Position numbers and translations under genes: made by a program. A stretch of DNA of 64,000 bases from assembly GCA_944386175.1 (NCBI GenBank), contig CALXAB010000001.1, positions 47,645 to 111,644 of the forward strand. Direction: 5' to 3'. Source of the stretch: an uncultured Clostridia bacterium (GTDB lineage Bacteria; Bacillota; Clostridia; TANB77; CAG-508). This document shows, piece after piece, positions 60,297 through 64,000 of this stretch (its first letter is position 1; every line of letters starts with the position of its first letter). The notes below the pieces were generated by a model that made no database searches, was not told the origin of the DNA, and saw only the letters and a list, made by a program, of their open reading frames with translations.

Positions 60297-60995
60297 TTAC
60301 TCTTCTTTTAATGCTTCTATTATTTTATTTTTCAAATGTTGATTATCTAAATTATTTTTATCTATTTCTTCTAACATGCCTTTATTTAAAATAACAATTT
60401 CATCACATAAATCTAGTGCTAATTCCATGATATGTGTAGAAAATATAATAATATGGTCTTTTTTTATTTCTCTTAGCATTTGTTTCATTTCTTCTGCAAC
60501 AACTACATCAAATGATGTTAAAGGTTCATCTAATAACAATACATTTGGACTTGCTATTATATTAACAAGCATTTGCATTTTATTTTTCATACCATGCGAA
60601 TAATCTTTTAATAATTTATCCCTATCTTCTTGCTCTATCTTCATAAAGCCAAAATATTCATCTATTGTTTTCTCATTTTTTATTCTATTTTTATTGATAT
60701 CTATGAAAAATTTTAAAAATTCTCTTGCTGTTAAAAATTCTGGAACATTTGGAGTAGATAATACATATCCTATGTCTTCTGCTTCCATTTTTCTTTTATT
60801 ATTATTGTCTTCTATATAAAATTCTCCTGCATCTATTTCTATATCTTCATTTAAACAATTAAAAAATGTTGTTTTTCCTGCTCCATTTCTACCAAGTAAA
60901 CCATAAATTTTACCTTTTTCAAATTCAAAATTTATGTCTTTTAAGACTTCTTTTTTTTCAAAACTTTTTTTTAGATTTTTAACGACTAATTTCAT
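60297..60995 (-). CDS. ABC transporter ATP-binding protein
   Basis: Walker A GRNGAGKTT and Walker B LLLDEP. 232 aa. Confidence 0.8.
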   Translation of the reverse strand: MKLVVKNLKKSFEKKEVLKDINFEFEKGKIYGLLGRNGAGKTTFFNCLNEDIEIDAGEFYIEDNNNKRKMEAEDIGYVLSTPNVPEFLTAREFLKFFIDINKNRIKNEKTIDEYFGFMKIEQEDRDKLLKDYSHGMKNKMQMLVNIIASPNVLLLDEPLTSFDVVVAEEMKQMLREIKKDHIIIFSTHIMELALDLCDEIVILNKGMLEEIDKNNLDNQHLKNKIIEALKEE

Positions 60996-61097
60996 ACACT
61001 TCTCCTTTAATTCTATCTTTAATTATTTCGTCAATAGAATACCATATATATATAAATTAGTCTAGTATCTTTTATTATAATTTTTTCATTTTTCAAC

Positions 61098-63194
61098 TTA
61101 TTCCTCCTCTTTAATAATATTTTTACTTCCAAAATATGTTGCTAAAAAATATATTCCATAAATTACTCCTATAATAATTGCTGTTGCTATAGTAGAAGGC
61201 AACAATTCGTCTGGTGAAGCAAGTACAGCAAGCATTGATAATATAAATTTAATTCCAAATATTGAATGTACTATTGCTAAAACAAGTGGCAACATAAAGA
61301 AAATAAATATCTGCCTAAATAATGCTTTATTTATCATTTTTTCATCACAACCTATTTTTCTTAAAATTGTATATCTTTGTTTGTTATCAGAACTTTCAGT
61401 TAATTGTTTTAAAGCTAAAATTGCTGAACTTGCAATTAGAAATACAATTCCTAAATAAATTGCTATAAATATGATAATTGTTGCTAATCCTTTACTTGCT
61501 TCTTTTAAACTAATTTTAGATGTTCCATCAAGGTTAATTCCTTTTTCTTTTATATTATTAATAAATTCTGTGTCTCCATTTCCTATTAATGTATTTTCTA
61601 TTTCTTGTTTACCCGCTTCTGTATCTGCATTATAGTTTGCTACTAAAAGGTATTGTTCTGTATATTGATTTTGTACCTCAAAACTATCTGGTACTAATAT
61701 AATTCCTGCATTCATATTACTTGAAGACATAAATATAAATCCATATTTACATTCATTATATTTTGAATGATATCTTTTGCCATTTATTTCTATATCTGAG
61801 TTATTTTTTAATGCTTGATTTCTTAAATTGGTCATTTGGTCAAAATCGCAAAGTACCATATATTCATCATCATTTAAACTATATTGTTCTTCTCCATATA
61901 ATGTAGCTATTTTGTTATAATCAGAAAGTTTTATAACTGATTCTGGTGTATCATAAGTTAGCATTGAAAATTGATTTTTAGCTGTTTCGTAATAATCTCC
62001 CAAACTAGTTTTTAAAGTCCATTCTGGTATTGCATAAATTGGAACTTCTACAACATCTTTTAATGTATTCATATCATAGCCATTTGTTTCTAAAGTATAG
62101 CTTACAGGATGTTTTGAATCTTCTATTTGTGTTTGCGTATTATATATTGTTTTTCCACTATATGAACTCACATAACTTTCTGGAAGATATGCTGTTTTAT
62201 ATAAATTTACATCTACTGGTGTAAGTTCTTCTAGTTGTGAATCTAATGCCGATTTTATAGATAGACTTCCAGATAATACACTTATTGTCATAAATAACAT
62301 TAAACAAATGATACTCATACTGATTATATTTGTATTAACTTTATTATTTAATTGCCTTAATACAAACATATTTGTTCCTTTTAAATATACTTTTTTACTT
62401 GATTGTATCATTCGTAATATAAACCCTGATAATGACCAAAATATGCCGATTGTCCCTATAATGCCCATTAGTATAGGTTTTAATAATTTATCTGCTGTAT
62501 TTAATTCATATACTCCGCCTGTTACTCTCCAATACGCATATCCTAGTATTCCAGCTGATATTAGAAATACAAGTATTGAAATAATTGGATTTTTCATTTT
62601 TACTTTTTCATTTTTTCTTATAGCAGTTAATAAATTAATTAATTTATATCTTGAAATTGTTAGTGTGTTAAAAATAATAACTGCTAAATACATAACTGCA
62701 AAATAAATACATGTTTTTATGCAAGCATCTTTTGAAAATACAAAAGTAAATTCGCTCATATCTGCTTCAAATAGTTTTGCAACTAAAATAGACATAAATT
62801 GTGAAGCAAATACACCTATAAATATACCAACTGCTAATGATAAAATTCCAATTAATATAGTTTCTAAAAGGATAATTCCTGATATTTGCCTTCTTCCCAT
62901 ACCAAGTGTCATATATATTCCAAATTCTCTTTTTCTTCTATTTACTAAAAAGTTATTGGCATATACAATTAAAAATCCTAATACGATTGCTACAAAAACT
63001 GACATCATTCCAAGTAAATCAACTAATAGAGTTATCATTTCTCTTGTTGAAGTAGATACTTTTATCATTGCTTGTTGACTATCTAATGAGTTAAACATAT
63101 AGAAAATTGCTACTCCTAATACTAATGTTAAAAAATATATTGCATAATCTTTAAAACTTTTTTTCATATTTCTTATAGATAATTTAAATAACAT
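61098..63194 (-). CDS. FtsX-family permease (BceB/MacB-like, 10 TM helices with a large extracellular domain)
   Basis: 698 aa with two FtsX domains. Overlaps the upstream ABC ATPase. Confidence 0.75.
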   Translation of the reverse strand: MLFKLSIRNMKKSFKDYAIYFLTLVLGVAIFYMFNSLDSQQAMIKVSTSTREMITLLVDLLGMMSVFVAIVLGFLIVYANNFLVNRRKREFGIYMTLGMGRRQISGIILLETILIGILSLAVGIFIGVFASQFMSILVAKLFEADMSEFTFVFSKDACIKTCIYFAVMYLAVIIFNTLTISRYKLINLLTAIRKNEKVKMKNPIISILVFLISAGILGYAYWRVTGGVYELNTADKLLKPILMGIIGTIGIFWSLSGFILRMIQSSKKVYLKGTNMFVLRQLNNKVNTNIISMSIICLMLFMTISVLSGSLSIKSALDSQLEELTPVDVNLYKTAYLPESYVSSYSGKTIYNTQTQIEDSKHPVSYTLETNGYDMNTLKDVVEVPIYAIPEWTLKTSLGDYYETAKNQFSMLTYDTPESVIKLSDYNKIATLYGEEQYSLNDDEYMVLCDFDQMTNLRNQALKNNSDIEINGKRYHSKYNECKYGFIFMSSSNMNAGIILVPDSFEVQNQYTEQYLLVANYNADTEAGKQEIENTLIGNGDTEFINNIKEKGINLDGTSKISLKEASKGLATIIIFIAIYLGIVFLIASSAILALKQLTESSDNKQRYTILRKIGCDEKMINKALFRQIFIFFMLPLVLAIVHSIFGIKFILSMLAVLASPDELLPSTIATAIIIGVIYGIYFLATYFGSKNIIKEEE

Positions 63195-63951
63195 CGTTCA
63201 AATCACCTCCAAGAAGTGTTTGCACCTCAATTATTTTTTCAAAGAATTGTTTTCTTGTGTCTTCACCTTTAATTAATTCATTAAATATCTTTCCATCTTT
63301 TATAAAGATAATTCTTTCTGCATAACTTGCTGTGAAAGCGTCATGTGTAACCATTAAAATGGTTGCTCCTAAATTTTTATTTAAATGTTCAAACGTTTCT
63401 AGTAATTGTCTTGCTGATTTTGAGTCTAATGCTCCTGTTGGTTCATCCGCTAGAACTATTTTAGGGTTTGTTATAATTGCTCTGCTACTAGCCACTCTTT
63501 GTTTTTGTCCTCCTGATATCTGATATGGATATTTATTTAAAATATCTGATATATCAAGTTTTTTTGCTACTTCTTTTACTTTTTTATCTATTTCATGAGA
63601 ATTTACCTTTTGAATTGTTAATGCTAGTGCAATATTTTCATAAGCAGTTAAAGTATCTAGTAAATTAAAATCTTGAAATATAAAGCCTAATTCTTCTCTT
63701 CTAAACTTATTTAGCTTATTTCCTTTTAATCTTGTAATGTCTTGGTTATTAATTATAATTTTTCCGGCTGTTACTCTATCAATTGTTGATATACAATTTA
63801 ATAATGTTGTTTTACCAGATCCGGATGCCCCCATTATACCAACAAATTCTCCTTCTCCTACATTAAAACTAATTCCATCTATTGCTTTTGTTAAATTTGA
63901 TTTGTTACCATAGTATTTTTCTATGTTTTTTACCTCTAATACATTACTCAT
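63184..63951 (-). CDS. ABC transporter ATP-binding protein (BceA/MacB-type)
   Basis: GASGSGKTTLLN, QISGGQKQRVA and LADEPTGALD. The KYYG motif near the N-terminus is typical of BceA. Confidence 0.85.
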   Translation of the reverse strand: MSNVLEVKNIEKYYGNKSNLTKAIDGISFNVGEGEFVGIMGASGSGKTTLLNCISTIDRVTAGKIIINNQDITRLKGNKLNKFRREELGFIFQDFNLLDTLTAYENIALALTIQKVNSHEIDKKVKEVAKKLDISDILNKYPYQISGGQKQRVASSRAIITNPKIVLADEPTGALDSKSARQLLETFEHLNKNLGATILMVTHDAFTASYAERIIFIKDGKIFNELIKGEDTRKQFFEKIIEVQTLLGGDLNDVI

Positions 63952-64000
63952 TATAAAATTTTCCTCCTTTTTCTTAGTTAAAATTGTAATTGTTTTTCGA

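Noticed and set aside
1-64000. rRNA, tRNA or tmRNA genes
   Set aside because: No cloverleaf-compatible GC-rich segments or conserved rRNA motifs were seen. The few GC-richer hairpins found are simple palindromes.

Overview
This is a very AT-rich, low-GC Firmicutes (Clostridia-like) chromosomal segment, almost entirely coding on the minus strand. It has two parts.

**Conserved sporulation locus (about 1-12.2 kb).** It carries dpaB (spoVFB), a GH25 lysozyme with LysM repeats, spoVB, a complete spoIIIAA-AH operon and yebC.

**Mosaic accessory island (12.2-64 kb).**
- Three AbiEi/AbiEii toxin-antitoxin pairs (one AbiEii killed by an in-frame TAG).
- A decayed Fic/VbhA-like module, an ECF sigma/anti-sigma pair, a tandem PD-(D/E)xK nuclease-like protein and metallophosphoesterases.
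- An unusual partial his cassette: hisZ-hisG-[DapF-like racemase::GNAT fusion]-hisIE-second hisS, plus a VanX-like dipeptidase and an FGE-like enzyme.
- Two complete large serine recombinase (LSR) modules plus one truncated copy and one remnant. Each module is an array of parS-like palindromes, then a small conserved ORF, then the LSR. One LSR 5' end is fused in frame to the 3' end of purD.
- A cargo gene set between the two intact LSRs: a ParB/DUF262-like protein, a Schlafen-like COG2865 protein, a HIT-like protein, a histidine-phosphatase pseudogene and an HD hydrolase.
- Two ABC transporter operons that share a ~0.5 kb conserved leader carrying a long perfect palindromic operator. A BceAB-type transporter sits at the right edge.

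I found no rRNA, tRNA or CRISPR. Several genes are pseudogenised (AbiEii, Fic, histidine phosphatase, metallophosphoesterase, purD), consistent with a decaying integration hotspot.
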